64,000 nt of DNA from Spirochaetia bacterium (GCA_965203905.1 CBDBDQ010000005.1:768001-832000); one strand, 5' to 3'. Positions 39,003 through 48,157 are shown, counted from the first letter of the stretch. A program made the numbers and translations. Notes: generated by a model not told the origin, from the letters alone.

Positions 39003-39069
39003 AACCGCCGCAGGGCCGCTGTTCTCAGAGCCCGTGGCAACTGCTCCGGGTCGCCGACAGGGTACGAAT

Positions 39070-39546
39070 CTAACCGCCGCGCCCGCGTTCATTCCAGTAC
39101 TCGCGGAACGAACGAAGCCGCGGCAGTGTCTCACGATCCTTTGCCCGGTTCGAAGCAACCTTGCTGGCGATGATGTCGTCCAGCGAGCAGACCGGAAACC
39201 CCTCGACATCGACACGTCGCCGGAACGCATCCTGGAATCTCTCGATGCCATCGGGCGCGAACACGAGATCCAGATCGAACGGACCGTTCTTGAGTTGAAC
39301 GAAGTCCTTGCCGCGGACGATCTCCTCTGCCTGATCGCCGGTCACCGCGAACCCGAGTTCGCGGAGCGCACCCACCATGGCCCGGCCGTTGGCGGCACTC
39401 TTCTCGACGAACAGATCGGCATCCTGAGTCGTATCGGGGAAACCGAGAAGGATTGCGCCCGACTTGCCTATGAACAGGTATCGGACGCCATGGCGTTCCA
39501 GGACGTCCCGTATCTCCTCAGCTTGCCGGTACTCGAACGCGGCCAT
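39070..39546 (-). CDS. Pol-beta-superfamily nucleotidyltransferase (DUF6036/AbiEii-like)
   Basis: YLFIGKSGAILLG..TQDADLF, LDLV, SLDDIIASK..RAKDR. Confidence 0.75.
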   Translation of the reverse strand: MAAFEYRQAEEIRDVLERHGVRYLFIGKSGAILLGFPDTTQDADLFVEKSAANGRAMVGALRELGFAVTGDQAEEIVRGKDFVQLKNGPFDLDLVFAPDGIERFQDAFRRRVDVEGFPVCSLDDIIASKVASNRAKDRETLPRLRSFREYWNERGRGG

Positions 39547-39736
39547 AGCCCAGCCAGTCAGGCAGTTCCCGCTCGCACCACTGACGATATTCCTCCATGG
39601 AGTCGAACGATCGGTATTCCGCGTCGTCCAGCACCGGCTTGTAGGTTCGGATGAAGGAGTAGCGCCACCGCACCGCAAGCGGCCGGCGCGCGGCAGCCTC
39701 GAATTCCGCCAACAAAGCTGGGTCGATGCGCCCCAC
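39518..39736 (-). CDS. Small hypothetical protein, candidate partner of the nucleotidyltransferase
   Basis: 72 aa from GTG; protein-like composition (RSFDSMEEYRQWCERELPDWLGY); overlaps the NTase start by 29 nt. Confidence 0.6.
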   Translation of the reverse strand: MGRIDPALLAEFEAAARRPLAVRWRYSFIRTYKPVLDDAEYRSFDSMEEYRQWCERELPDWLGYGRVRVPAS

Positions 39737-39876
39737 GGCACCAATGTAGGCCGAGTTGATCAACCGCGCCAAGCACTTGTCGCCACCGGGGGCCACCGGG
39801 GCGAACTGGGGGATTGACTGGACAGCCGTCCACTGGCAAGCATGACTCGGCACCGTGACACAATGGAGGCATTGCT

Positions 39877-40131
39877 ATGAGTCAGATCACGCTGCGAGAC
39901 GTCCCTCAGGAATTGGATCACCGACTGCGCGAGCTGGCGCGGGCGCGGAACAGGAGCCTGAATAGAACCATCATCCAGGTCCTGATGGAGTCGCTCCATC
40001 TCGGAGACGGGAAGGATCGGAAACGTGACGTGTCCGATCTTGCCGGAACGTGGAGCGATGAAGACGCGCAGGAGTTCGAAGCCAACATGCGGGTGTTCGG
40101 GCAAGTCGACGACGAGATCTGGAAGAAGTGA
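39877..40131 (+). CDS. FitA-like ribbon-helix-helix antitoxin
   Basis: MSQITLRDVPQELDHRLRELARARNRSLNRTIIQVL, DLAGTW; GGAGG RBS; GTGA overlap with vapC. Confidence 0.85.
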   Translation: MSQITLRDVPQELDHRLRELARARNRSLNRTIIQVLMESLHLGDGKDRKRDVSDLAGTWSDEDAQEFEANMRVFGQVDDEIWKK

Positions 40132-40523
40132 GAATCTGCCTGGACACCAACGCCTACTCGGCGTTCAAGCGCGGGGATCCGGACATCGTCGACCTCGTCG
40201 AGACCGCTGACGAGGTGGCCGTCCCGAGCATGGTCCTCGGCGAACTGTTCGCCGGCTTCCGCATGGGGTCGCGTACGCGCAGTAACGTCGCCGAACTGGA
40301 GGAGTTCCTGCGCCGACCAGGCGTGTCCGTCGCCGCGGTCACCAAGGCTGCGTCCGAGCGTTACGGCATGTTGGTCAGCCGGCTCAGGCAGCAGGGCACA
40401 CCGCTACCCACGAACGACATATGGATCGCGGCCGTCGCTCTGGAACGGGGCGCGCAACTCGTCACGATGGACGCTCACTTCGACAACATTCCCGGTGTCT
40501 TTGCCACCGGATCGGAGCAGTGA
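40128..40523 (+). CDS. vapC: VapC PIN-domain toxin
   Basis: ICLDTN, VLGEL, PTNDIWIAA, LVTMDAHF. Confidence 0.92.
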   Translation: MRICLDTNAYSAFKRGDPDIVDLVETADEVAVPSMVLGELFAGFRMGSRTRSNVAELEEFLRRPGVSVAAVTKAASERYGMLVSRLRQQGTPLPTNDIWIAAVALERGAQLVTMDAHFDNIPGVFATGSEQ

Positions 40524-42049
40524 TGGCGCACGGCCAACCCAACGTGGTGTTCATCCTGGCCGACGACCTGGGGTGGTGCGACCTCGGCATCGAGGGTAGC
40601 CGCTTCTACGGGAGCCCGCATCTCGACCGCCTGGCCCGCGGCGGGATGCGCTTCACCCAGGGCTACGCCGCCTGCCAAGTGTGCAGCCCATCGCGTGCCA
40701 GCATCCTGACCGGCAAGTACCCGCCGCGCCACGGGATTACCGATTGGATCGGCGCCCCTTCCGGCGCCGCGTGGCGTGAGTTCGGGCGGCACAGCAAGCT
40801 GTTGCCTGCCGAATACGAATGGAGCCTGCGAGCGGACGAGGTGACCTTTGCGGAGGTGTTCCGCAGGGCCGGCTACCGCACCTTCTTCGCCGGCAAGTGG
40901 CACCTCGGCGACACCGGCGCCGATCCCGAGGATTTCGGCTTCGAGATCAACAAGGGTGGCTGGAAGATGGGCTCGCCGATGGGCGGCTACTTCGCCCCGT
41001 GGGACAACCCGAAGCTGGAGCCGGGGCCCGCCGGCGAGTCGCTGCCGTTGCGCCTGGGCAGGGAGACCGTACGGTTCATTGGCGACAATCGCGACCTGCC
41101 GTTTCTCGCCTATCTCTCCTTCTACTCCGTGCACGGGCCGATCCAGACCAGCCGCGACCGCTGGGAGCGGTTCCGCGCCAAGGCTGTCTCCATGGGGGCC
41201 ACGCGGCAACGGCGCCGGTTCCGGTTCGACGGCAGCCGGCCGGTGCGGCTGGTGGAGGACTGCCCCATATATGCCGGCATGATCGAGGCGATGGACGAGG
41301 CGGTGGGCTTGGTGCTCGACGCCCTGGAGCGGTTCGGGCTGGCCGAGAACACGATCGTCTGCTTCACCTCCGACAACGGTGGAGCCGCCACCGGTGATGC
41401 CTTCTCGGCGTCGATGCTGCCCCTGCGCGGCGGCAAGGGACGCCAGTGGGAGGGCGGCATCCGCGAGCCGCTGTACGTCCGCTTTCCCGGCGTGGTGGAG
41501 CCCGGAACCACTTGCGAGGTACCGGTCTCGGGCATCGACTTCTACCCCACGCTCCTGGAACTGGCCGGTCTGGAGGTGCCGACCGAGCAGGTGATAGACG
41601 GCCGCAGCATGGTCCCGCTGCTGCGCGGCCGACACGACCCGGCCATCTCCGAACGCGATCTGTTCTGGCACTACCCCCACTACGGCAACCAGGGCGGCGA
41701 TCCCTCATCGATGATCAGGCACGGCCCCTGGAAGCTGATTCACTACCACGAGGACGGCCACCGCGAGCTGTACCACCTGGACACCGATCCGGGAGAGCGG
41801 CATGACGTGCGGAGCGAGCGGCAAGCCACCGTCGTCGACCTGTGGCTTCGCCTGCAGCGCTGGCTCGACGAAACAGGCGCGAAGTTGCCGGCACCCGACC
41901 CGCAGTACGATGCGGCCGGGGAGCAGGCGTTCCTGCACCAGTTCGAGCACGAGAGGGTGCCCGAGTTGGAGGCGCTGCACGCCGCCTACCTCGACCCCGA
42001 CTGGCAACCCAACGCCGACTGGTGGGGCAGCCAGATAATCGCCGATTAG
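40523..42049 (+). CDS. Cys-type sulfatase
   Basis: PNVVFILADDLG, CSPSRASILTG, GKWHLG, SDNGG, WEGGIREP; TGATG overlap with vapC. Confidence 0.93.
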   Translation: MAHGQPNVVFILADDLGWCDLGIEGSRFYGSPHLDRLARGGMRFTQGYAACQVCSPSRASILTGKYPPRHGITDWIGAPSGAAWREFGRHSKLLPAEYEWSLRADEVTFAEVFRRAGYRTFFAGKWHLGDTGADPEDFGFEINKGGWKMGSPMGGYFAPWDNPKLEPGPAGESLPLRLGRETVRFIGDNRDLPFLAYLSFYSVHGPIQTSRDRWERFRAKAVSMGATRQRRRFRFDGSRPVRLVEDCPIYAGMIEAMDEAVGLVLDALERFGLAENTIVCFTSDNGGAATGDAFSASMLPLRGGKGRQWEGGIREPLYVRFPGVVEPGTTCEVPVSGIDFYPTLLELAGLEVPTEQVIDGRSMVPLLRGRHDPAISERDLFWHYPHYGNQGGDPSSMIRHGPWKLIHYHEDGHRELYHLDTDPGERHDVRSERQATVVDLWLRLQRWLDETGAKLPAPDPQYDAAGEQAFLHQFEHERVPELEALHAAYLDPDWQPNADWWGSQIIAD

Positions 42050-42094
42050 CATCACTGCCCTTCGGGTGCGGTACGATGTGATCAGGGGAACCTG

Positions 42095-43477
42095 ATGGCA
42101 CACTCATACGACGCGATTATCATCGGCACCGGCCAGGCCGGGCCCAGTCTCGCCGCGGAGCTGTCCGCCGCCGGCATGCGCACGGCGGTGATCGAGCGCC
42201 ACCGCTTCGGGGGCACCTGCGTCAACGTGGGGTGCATCCCCACCAAGGCGCTGGTGGCCAGCGCCCGCGCCGCCCACGTCGCCCGCCGCGCCGCCCACTT
42301 CGGGGTGGTGATCGGCGGCGATGTCGGCGTGGACATGGCGCGGGTGAAGAAGCGTAAGGACGCCATCGTGCGGCGCTCGGCTACCGGCGTGGAACGATGG
42401 CTGAAGTCGCTGGACAACTGCACCGTGTACCAGGGCCACGGGCGGTTCGACGGCGACCACCGGGTGCGGGTGGGCGAGAAGGTGCTGGAGGCGGAGCGGA
42501 TCTTCATCAACGTGGGCGCGCGCGCCTTCGTGCCGCCGTTTCCGGGTGTCGACGAGGTGGACTACCTGACCAACTCGACGATCATGGAGTTGGACACCCT
42601 GCCGCAGCACCTGCTGATCGTGGGCGGCGGCTACATCGGGCTGGAGTTCGCGCAGATGTTCCGCCGCTTCGGCAGCGAAGTGACGCTGATCGACCGCGGC
42701 GACCGGCTGATCAAGCGCGAGTCGCCGGATGTCTCGGCGGCGGTGGCGGCAATCCTGGAGGGCGAGGGAGTGCGGCTCCGGCTGGGGGCCGAGTGCCTCG
42801 GCTTCGAGCGCCGCGGGGCGGCGGTGGCGGCGACCCTGGAGTGCCACGACCAGGAGCCCGAGGTGGTTGGCTCACACCTGCTGCTGGCGGTGGGGCGGCG
42901 CCCCAACACCGACGACCTGGGGCTGGACACGACCGGCATCGAGGTGAACGCGCGCGGTCTCATCCAGGTCGACGACGCCCTGCAGACCGCCGTACCCGGC
43001 GTGTGGGCGCTCGGCGAGTGCAACGGCCGCGGCGCCTTCACCCACACCGCCTACCACGACTACGAGATCGTCGCCGGCAATCTGCTGCATGACGACCCGC
43101 GGCGGGTAAGCGACCGCATCGACTGCTATGCGCTGTACATCGACCCGCCGCTCGGCCGGGTCGGGATGACCGAGCCGCAGGTGCGCGCATCGGGCCGCCC
43201 GGCGCTGGTCGCCACCCGCCCCATGACCCGCGTCGGGCGCGCCGTGGAGAAGAGCGAAACGCAGGGCTTCATGAAGGTGCTGGTGGACGCGGAGACCGAG
43301 CGCATCCTCGGCGCCGCCATTCTCGGCGTCGGCGGCGACGAGGTCATCCACTCGATCCTGGACGTGATGTACGCCGACGCCCCCTACACCGTGATCCGCC
43401 GCGCCGTGCACATCCACCCCACCGTCGCCGAGCTGATCCCGACCATGCTCGCCGACCTCAAGCCGCTCGCACCATAG
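42095..43477 (+). CDS. FAD-dependent pyridine nucleotide-disulphide oxidoreductase (MerA/RclA-like, no C-terminal Cys pair)
   Basis: IIIGTGQAG, GGTCVNVGCIPTK, IVGGGYIGLE, HIHPTVAE. Confidence 0.9.
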   Translation: MAHSYDAIIIGTGQAGPSLAAELSAAGMRTAVIERHRFGGTCVNVGCIPTKALVASARAAHVARRAAHFGVVIGGDVGVDMARVKKRKDAIVRRSATGVERWLKSLDNCTVYQGHGRFDGDHRVRVGEKVLEAERIFINVGARAFVPPFPGVDEVDYLTNSTIMELDTLPQHLLIVGGGYIGLEFAQMFRRFGSEVTLIDRGDRLIKRESPDVSAAVAAILEGEGVRLRLGAECLGFERRGAAVAATLECHDQEPEVVGSHLLLAVGRRPNTDDLGLDTTGIEVNARGLIQVDDALQTAVPGVWALGECNGRGAFTHTAYHDYEIVAGNLLHDDPRRVSDRIDCYALYIDPPLGRVGMTEPQVRASGRPALVATRPMTRVGRAVEKSETQGFMKVLVDAETERILGAAILGVGGDEVIHSILDVMYADAPYTVIRRAVHIHPTVAELIPTMLADLKPLAP

Positions 43478-43552
43478 CGGGCGGCGGGTCGGAATCGCTC
43501 TGCAACGGTCAGATACGATGGCCGATGCCCGCGGCGGTGCCGACCAAGTCGA

Positions 43553-43771
43553 TCATCCAACGGTTACCGAGTCCGCTACCACGGTGGTGGGCTCCGGGAT
43601 CGGGTCTCCGGTTTCGCGCATGAATTGCAAGTGTGCCTTGATGGCTTCAGTCATGTTGCGCTTGGCGTCCTCAATGGTCTTGCCTGTGGCAATGCATCCC
43701 GGCAAGTCAGGAGCGTATGCGGAGCAGTTTCGTTCTCCGCTCTCGATGATGATGATGTACTTACGACTCAT
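43553..43771 (-). CDS. hicB: HicB family antitoxin (short)
   Basis: YIIIIE..SAYAPDLPGCIATGKTIEDAKRNMTEAI..GDPIPEP. Confidence 0.9.
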   Translation of the reverse strand: MSRKYIIIIESGERNCSAYAPDLPGCIATGKTIEDAKRNMTEAIKAHLQFMRETGDPIPEPTTVVADSVTVG

Positions 43772-43971
43772 GACTCCTCCCCGTCGGGGTTGATGGTATT
43801 GAGAATGGATTCCCAGGTCTTGGGGTGCAGATCGTCGCTCGGTTTACCCGCGATGGTAAGCGTGCCGGGAGTGGACGGGTGCTTGAAATGGCGATGGCTG
43901 CCGGTCGTCCGAACATGTATCCAACCGGCTTCTCTGGCCATCTTGAGTGCATCCCTGACCTTCTGACTCAT
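43768..43971 (-). CDS. hicA: HicA family toxin
   Basis: GW..VRTTGSHRHFKHP..TI..DL..KT..SI; ATGA overlap with hicB. Confidence 0.9.
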   Translation of the reverse strand: MSQKVRDALKMAREAGWIHVRTTGSHRHFKHPSTPGTLTIAGKPSDDLHPKTWESILNTINPDGEES

Positions 43972-43977
43972 TCCGGT

Positions 43978-43996
43978 AGCGTAGTCCGAAGACTAC
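43978..43996 (-). promoter_or_regulatory. hicAB -10 box with overlapping inverted repeat (candidate operator)
   Basis: TACGCT 6 nt before the hicA ATG; GTAGTC-CGAA-GACTAC at 43981-43996. Confidence 0.5.
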
Positions 43997-44033
43997 CGAA
44001 GTCGGCGGATTCCGCAAGCACCCTGGATTCGCA

Positions 44034-44346
44034 GGACGATAACGGAGGAGGTGGTGTGCGAGAGCGAGGCCCTGGCGGCCGCCCATGAAACCGCGCTGGG
44101 TCTGACGGAGACCGGCGTGCTGGCCAAGCGGACCATGAAGGTGTTCGACGATTCGTCCCCTGACGCCGGTCGAGGACTGGAGTCGCTGGACAACTGCATC
44201 GTGTACCAGCGCCATGGGCGGTTCGACGGCAGGACGTGATGTACGCCAACGCCCCCTACACCGTGATCCGCCGCGCGGTGCACATCCACCCCACCGTCGC
44301 CGAGCTGATCCCGACCATGCTGGCCGACCTCAAGCCACTGGGGTAA
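44034..44346 (+). repeat. Mosaic relic: fragments of a relE/XRE paralogue fused to two fragments of the flavoprotein gene
   Basis: 44034-44177 resembles 45280-45435; 44181-44230 matches 42405-42454 (47/50); 44232-44339 matches 43360-43467 (4 mismatches). Confidence 0.85.
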
Positions 44347-44419
44347 GGCCGGCAGCCCTCATCGGAGCGGGGCGCGGTACGCAACGGCGGCAGGACCGGG
44401 CGTTCATTTGCCCAGAGAC

Positions 44420-44830
44420 ACCGGGCAGATCAGTCGTGACGATGGCGAAAATGGTTCCGTCAGGATCGCGCGCCGGGACCGAGCGCGTAACCATCCAGAT
44501 CTCACCGCCGCCCGCATCGAAGTAAGGCGGCGTCCAGATGCTCGCGTTTGCGGCCAGCGGCATCGTGATCGACTCCTGGGCCGCGATGTTGTAATCGGGC
44601 GCAGCAAGATCGAAAGCCCGGTAGCCTTCTGCGGTCCGATAGACGTACGGGCTCACCGTGACGCCGTTTGCTTCATCCAACAGTGCGGGCGGGCCACCAG
44701 GTACGTCTGCAGACGCTCGACGTATGCTGCCGAGTCGGCAGGTCGTTCCGCCATCAACTCCGCCACCAGCGTATCGAGGGCGGCAACCACAGCGTTCCGC
44801 AGCCCGCCGCCTCGTGGCGGCGATTCCGAG
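44420..44830 (-). pseudogene. Remnant of a Cache (PDC) sensor-domain gene
   Basis: SPYVYR..IWTPPYFDAGGGEIWMVTRSVP..IFAIVTTDL is dCache-like; upstream helix (LRNAVVAALDTL..LQTYLVA) lies in another frame; no clear start. Confidence 0.6.
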
Positions 44831-44877
44831 CACCTCGAGCGGGCTGCGGCACCGCGCGCAACGGAGTGCGGATTGAT

Positions 44878-44902
44878 TGATATAGCACTGAGTGCTATAT
44901 CA
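44878..44902. promoter_or_regulatory. Operator of the relE/XRE module
   Basis: Perfect inverted repeat TGATATAGCACT-G-AGTGCTATATCA, AT-rich, 13 nt before the toxin ATG. Confidence 0.75.
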
Positions 44903-44915
44903 TATCGCTGGCGGG

Positions 44916-45311
44916 ATGGCGCAAACGGGGTTCGGGCCGGGTACATTCAAAACCAAACCGTTTATGCGTTTCGCCAGACGTGAGGGCATATCGGATGCAG
45001 CCCTCTGCGATGCCGCCCGTCGCGCCGGTCGAGGTCAGGTAGATTCCGACCTCGGTGGAGGCGTCATCAAGCAGCGTATCGCTCGCCAGGGACAGGGCAG
45101 GTCCGGCGGCTTCCGAGCGATCGTGTTGTTCCGCCGAGACGAGCGGTTGTTCTTCGTCTACGGGTTCGCGAAGAGCGGCCGGGACAATCTCCGCCGGGAC
45201 GAACTCAAGGCGTTCCGGCTGCTGGCGGAGCAGATGCTTGGAATGGAGGAGACCGGCCTGCGTGCGGCGCTCGCGAATGGGACGATAGCGGAGGTGGTGT
45301 GCAATGAATGA
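44916..45311 (+). CDS. RelE/ParE family toxin (toxin-first, HigB-like order)
   Basis: FKTKPFMRFARREGISD..DLGGGVIKQRIARQGQGRSGGFR..FVYGFAK. Confidence 0.88.
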   Translation: MAQTGFGPGTFKTKPFMRFARREGISDAALCDAARRAGRGQVDSDLGGGVIKQRIARQGQGRSGGFRAIVLFRRDERLFFVYGFAKSGRDNLRRDELKAFRLLAEQMLGMEETGLRAALANGTIAEVVCNE

Positions 45312-45621
45312 ACAGTACAAGAGCGAAGCTCTTGCGGCGGTCCATGAAACGGCGCTGAGTTTGACCGATGCCGGCGTGATGGCCAAGCGGACCATGAAGG
45401 TGTTCGACGAGATGTGCCTGACGCCGGTCGAGGACATGGCACCGGAGAAAATCCGCGAAATCCGACTGCGCGAAAACGCGAGCCAAGCGGTGTTTGCCCG
45501 CTATCTCAACGTGACCGCGGGTCTGGTGAGCCAGTGGGAGCGCGGCGAGAAGCGGCCACGCGGCGCTTCGCTGAAACTCCTGACGCTGGTCGCCAAGAAC
45601 GGTCTCGGGTCGGTCGCTTGA
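45304..45621 (+). CDS. XRE-family HTH antitoxin (HigA-like)
   Basis: EKIREIRLRENASQAVFARYLNV..VSQWERGEKRPRGASLKLL. Confidence 0.9.
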   Translation: MNEQYKSEALAAVHETALSLTDAGVMAKRTMKVFDEMCLTPVEDMAPEKIREIRLRENASQAVFARYLNVTAGLVSQWERGEKRPRGASLKLLTLVAKNGLGSVA

Positions 45622-46099
45622 AAGGCGTGGAGGCAGGCCCCAACCGCGTTTCTACGCTTTCTAAACGACACCGTCCGCTGCGCTTGATTGCCCCGGCCTC
45701 AGAATGGCCGCCCCTGCATACCATGGCACCGTGAACTTCTCCCCGATCGGCTAACCGACGAGTCGCGCATTCGGGGCCGGGTGAGCGAGGTTCGCGCGAG
45801 CGAGATCGGGCGCCGACCATCAGGACGCCAGGAGCGGCGTGGCTGTGGCAGCGCCGATCTCGCTCGTGCGGCGGTACCGTTGCGTTGCCGGCCGGCGCCG
45901 ACCGAGGCGCCGGGCCCACTCCTACTGGTACAGACCCACCAGGTAGTCGTTCATCTGGCGAATGAAGGTTCATGGTCTCTGCCGGTTCACCCGCGACTCT
46001 CGTCGAAGTTCCGCGGGAAGGGTACCACGGTGGGACGTGCGAAGTCATCGCAGAGTTCCGTAGTGCATCAAGCCGCCAAGTAACCGGCTGTCGCATGGC

Positions 46100-46837
46100 T
46101 TAGCGCAGGCGGAAGTCGTTGCGGCCGGAGAGGTCGGTGCCGCGCATCAGGAACACGGTGCGCTGCGCGTCGACGGGGTTGTCGCGGAAGTCGTGGTGGT
46201 AGACGGACGACGTCGGCATGAAGCGGAGCGTCATGCCGCGCCGCGGACGGCCGGAGGTGTTGGGTTCCGAACCGTGCATCAGGTAGACGTCGTGGAGCGA
46301 GATCTGGCCCGGCTGCAGTTCGACGTCGACCGCTTTCGATTCGTCGACGTGCTCGGCGTCCAGTTCCAGGGGGAGCGCGTTGCCCTCGGCGTCGTTGTGG
46401 TGGTGGCTGGCCAGCGTCCTGCTGCGGTGGGTACCCGGCAGGAAGCGCAGGCAGCCGTTCTCGCGGGTCGAGGCGTCCAGCGCGATCCAGACCGTGCAGG
46501 TGGCCAGCGGACGGATCGGCCAGTATTCGCCGTCCTGGTGCCACGGCGTGCGCGTGCCCACCCTGGCAGGCTTGGCGAACAGGCTCGAGTTCCACAGCGC
46601 GAGGTCCGGCCCGATGAGCTGCGCCACCAAGTCCAGGAGGGCGGGATTGCGGGCGTAATTCAGGAAGCACAGGTCGTGCACGAGCAGGGAGCTGCAGTAG
46701 TCCGAGAACTCGGGGTGGCGGGCGATCAGCCGCGCGTGGTCGGCCTTGATCGCCTCGATCGTCTCGCTCGGCAGACGGAAGTCGGGGACGACGTAGCCAT
46801 CGCGCCCGTACCGTTCGACATCAACCGGCGACAGCAT
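46100..46837 (-). CDS. PhyH family Fe(II)/2OG oxygenase
   Basis: RDGYVV, TPWHQDG, NGCLRFLPGTH, LMHGS, RRGMTLR. Confidence 0.9.
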   Translation of the reverse strand: MLSPVDVERYGRDGYVVPDFRLPSETIEAIKADHARLIARHPEFSDYCSSLLVHDLCFLNYARNPALLDLVAQLIGPDLALWNSSLFAKPARVGTRTPWHQDGEYWPIRPLATCTVWIALDASTRENGCLRFLPGTHRSRTLASHHHNDAEGNALPLELDAEHVDESKAVDVELQPGQISLHDVYLMHGSEPNTSGRPRRGMTLRFMPTSSVYHHDFRDNPVDAQRTVFLMRGTDLSGRNDFRLR

Positions 46838-47126
46838 CGTTGCGCAGGTGGCGCTCGCCGAACGCCTGGTAGTGGTGCAGCAGCCGCTGCACCAGCGGGG
46901 CCGCCGCCGGCGCCGCTCGACATTCCTGCCGCGCTCGGCCATGGAGGTCCCGGAGCAACGGCTCCCAGGAGCGGTCCTCCGCGGGCAGCCGCGCGATCTC
47001 CGCGCATTGGCGGGCGCAGGAGAGCATCACGATGGAAACCGCCGTGGCGACCGATTGCGGCGCGATCTTGGCGGCCTGCTCCAGGTAGGAGCTGAACGCC
47101 GCCAATTCCCTTGACACATCTGACAT
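46821..47126 (-). CDS. Hypothetical helical protein (101 aa)
   Basis: ATG start, host-like codon usage, 17-nt overlap with the PhyH start; no recognised motif. Confidence 0.55.
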   Translation of the reverse strand: MSDVSRELAAFSSYLEQAAKIAPQSVATAVSIVMLSCARQCAEIARLPAEDRSWEPLLRDLHGRARQECRAAPAAAPLVQRLLHHYQAFGERHLRNDAVAG

Positions 47127-47182
47127 GCACCCAATGCTGAACGTCAGCGCTCCCGCGTCAAGGGCGTGGTAGGATGGCGCCC

Positions 47183-48154
47183 GTGTATCAACAGGAAGGG
47201 TACGACATCGGCGATGCGTGGTACTACGCCGAGGGCGACACGGTGCACCTGTTCTGCCTGCTCGGCACCGGCGGCAGGGGCGACATCGCCCACCTGGTGA
47301 GCCGCGACCTGCGCCACTGGGAGAGCGCCGGCTTTGCCCTGCGGCGGGGCGCGGCCGGTGCCTGGGACGACCTGCGCCTGGCTACCGGCAGCGTCATCCG
47401 CCACCAGGGGACCTACTGGATGGCCTATACCGGTCACCACTCGGGCGACGATCCGATGGTGCAGCGGGTGGGCATGGCAAGCTCCGCCGACCTGCACCGC
47501 TGGACCAAGCTGGCGGAGAACCCGGTCAGCGAAGCGAGCGCGAGCCACTACGAGCTGATGGCCACCGGCAAGCGCCCCAAGGTGCACTGGCGCGACCCGT
47601 TCCTGCTGCCGGCAGACGCTACGCTGGGCACCGACGCCGGCGTGCTGCAACTCATCACCGCGCGGCGCAAGGACGGCCCGGTGACCTCGCGCGGCACCGT
47701 GGCGGTGACGCGGTCGCGCGACCTGCGGAACTGGGAGGTGTTGCCGCCGCTACGCCACGACCGCATGGCGGAAGAGATGGAGGTGCCGCAGGTCTACCCC
47801 ATCGGTGGCCGCTGGTACCTGCTGTTCTGCACCTGCTCCGGACACGAGCGCATCCCGGACCTGCTCGACCCGGCGTTCAAGCGCCGCTTCCCCGGCCACC
47901 GCTTCCGTTGCACCGACTACAGCATGGTGGGCGACTCCCCGCTCGGACCGTTCCGCATCCACGGCACCGGCGAGGTTTTTTCAGAGGCACCGGCGCCCTG
48001 GTGCTATGCCAGTCAACTGGTCAACTTCAAGGGTGAGTGGTTCCTGCTGGCGACGCTGGGCGATGCGCGCGGCAGCATGATCTCCGACCCCTACCCCATC
48101 GTCGCCGACGAAACCGGCCTTCACGTGCCACGGGACGCCATCCGGTCCACGTAA
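47183..48154 (+). CDS. Five-bladed beta-propeller glycoside hydrolase (GH32/clan J-like)
   Basis: IGDAWY, SRDLRHWE, WRDP, MEVPQ; GTG 47183 preferred because the ATG at 47174 overlaps a TAGGAT -10 box. Confidence 0.8.
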   Translation: MYQQEGYDIGDAWYYAEGDTVHLFCLLGTGGRGDIAHLVSRDLRHWESAGFALRRGAAGAWDDLRLATGSVIRHQGTYWMAYTGHHSGDDPMVQRVGMASSADLHRWTKLAENPVSEASASHYELMATGKRPKVHWRDPFLLPADATLGTDAGVLQLITARRKDGPVTSRGTVAVTRSRDLRNWEVLPPLRHDRMAEEMEVPQVYPIGGRWYLLFCTCSGHERIPDLLDPAFKRRFPGHRFRCTDYSMVGDSPLGPFRIHGTGEVFSEAPAPWCYASQLVNFKGEWFLLATLGDARGSMISDPYPIVADETGLHVPRDAIRST

Positions 48155-48157
48155 CCG

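Noticed and set aside
42095-43477. Mercuric reductase merA
   Set aside because: No N-terminal HMA domain, no C-terminal Cys-Cys pair and no mer genes nearby.
44034-44346. Diversity-generating retroelement (TR/VR pair) as the explanation for the near-identical repeats
   Set aside because: Mismatches are not adenine-specific (C/G and C/T changes, many at third positions) and there is no reverse transcriptase in the window; the same applies to the SBP duplicate.
45700-46090. Possible gene remnant between the XRE and PhyH genes (minus-strand ..FIRQMNDYLVGLYQ* ending near 45922)
   Set aside because: Short fragments in shifting frames that I cannot assign to a family; needs a translated search.
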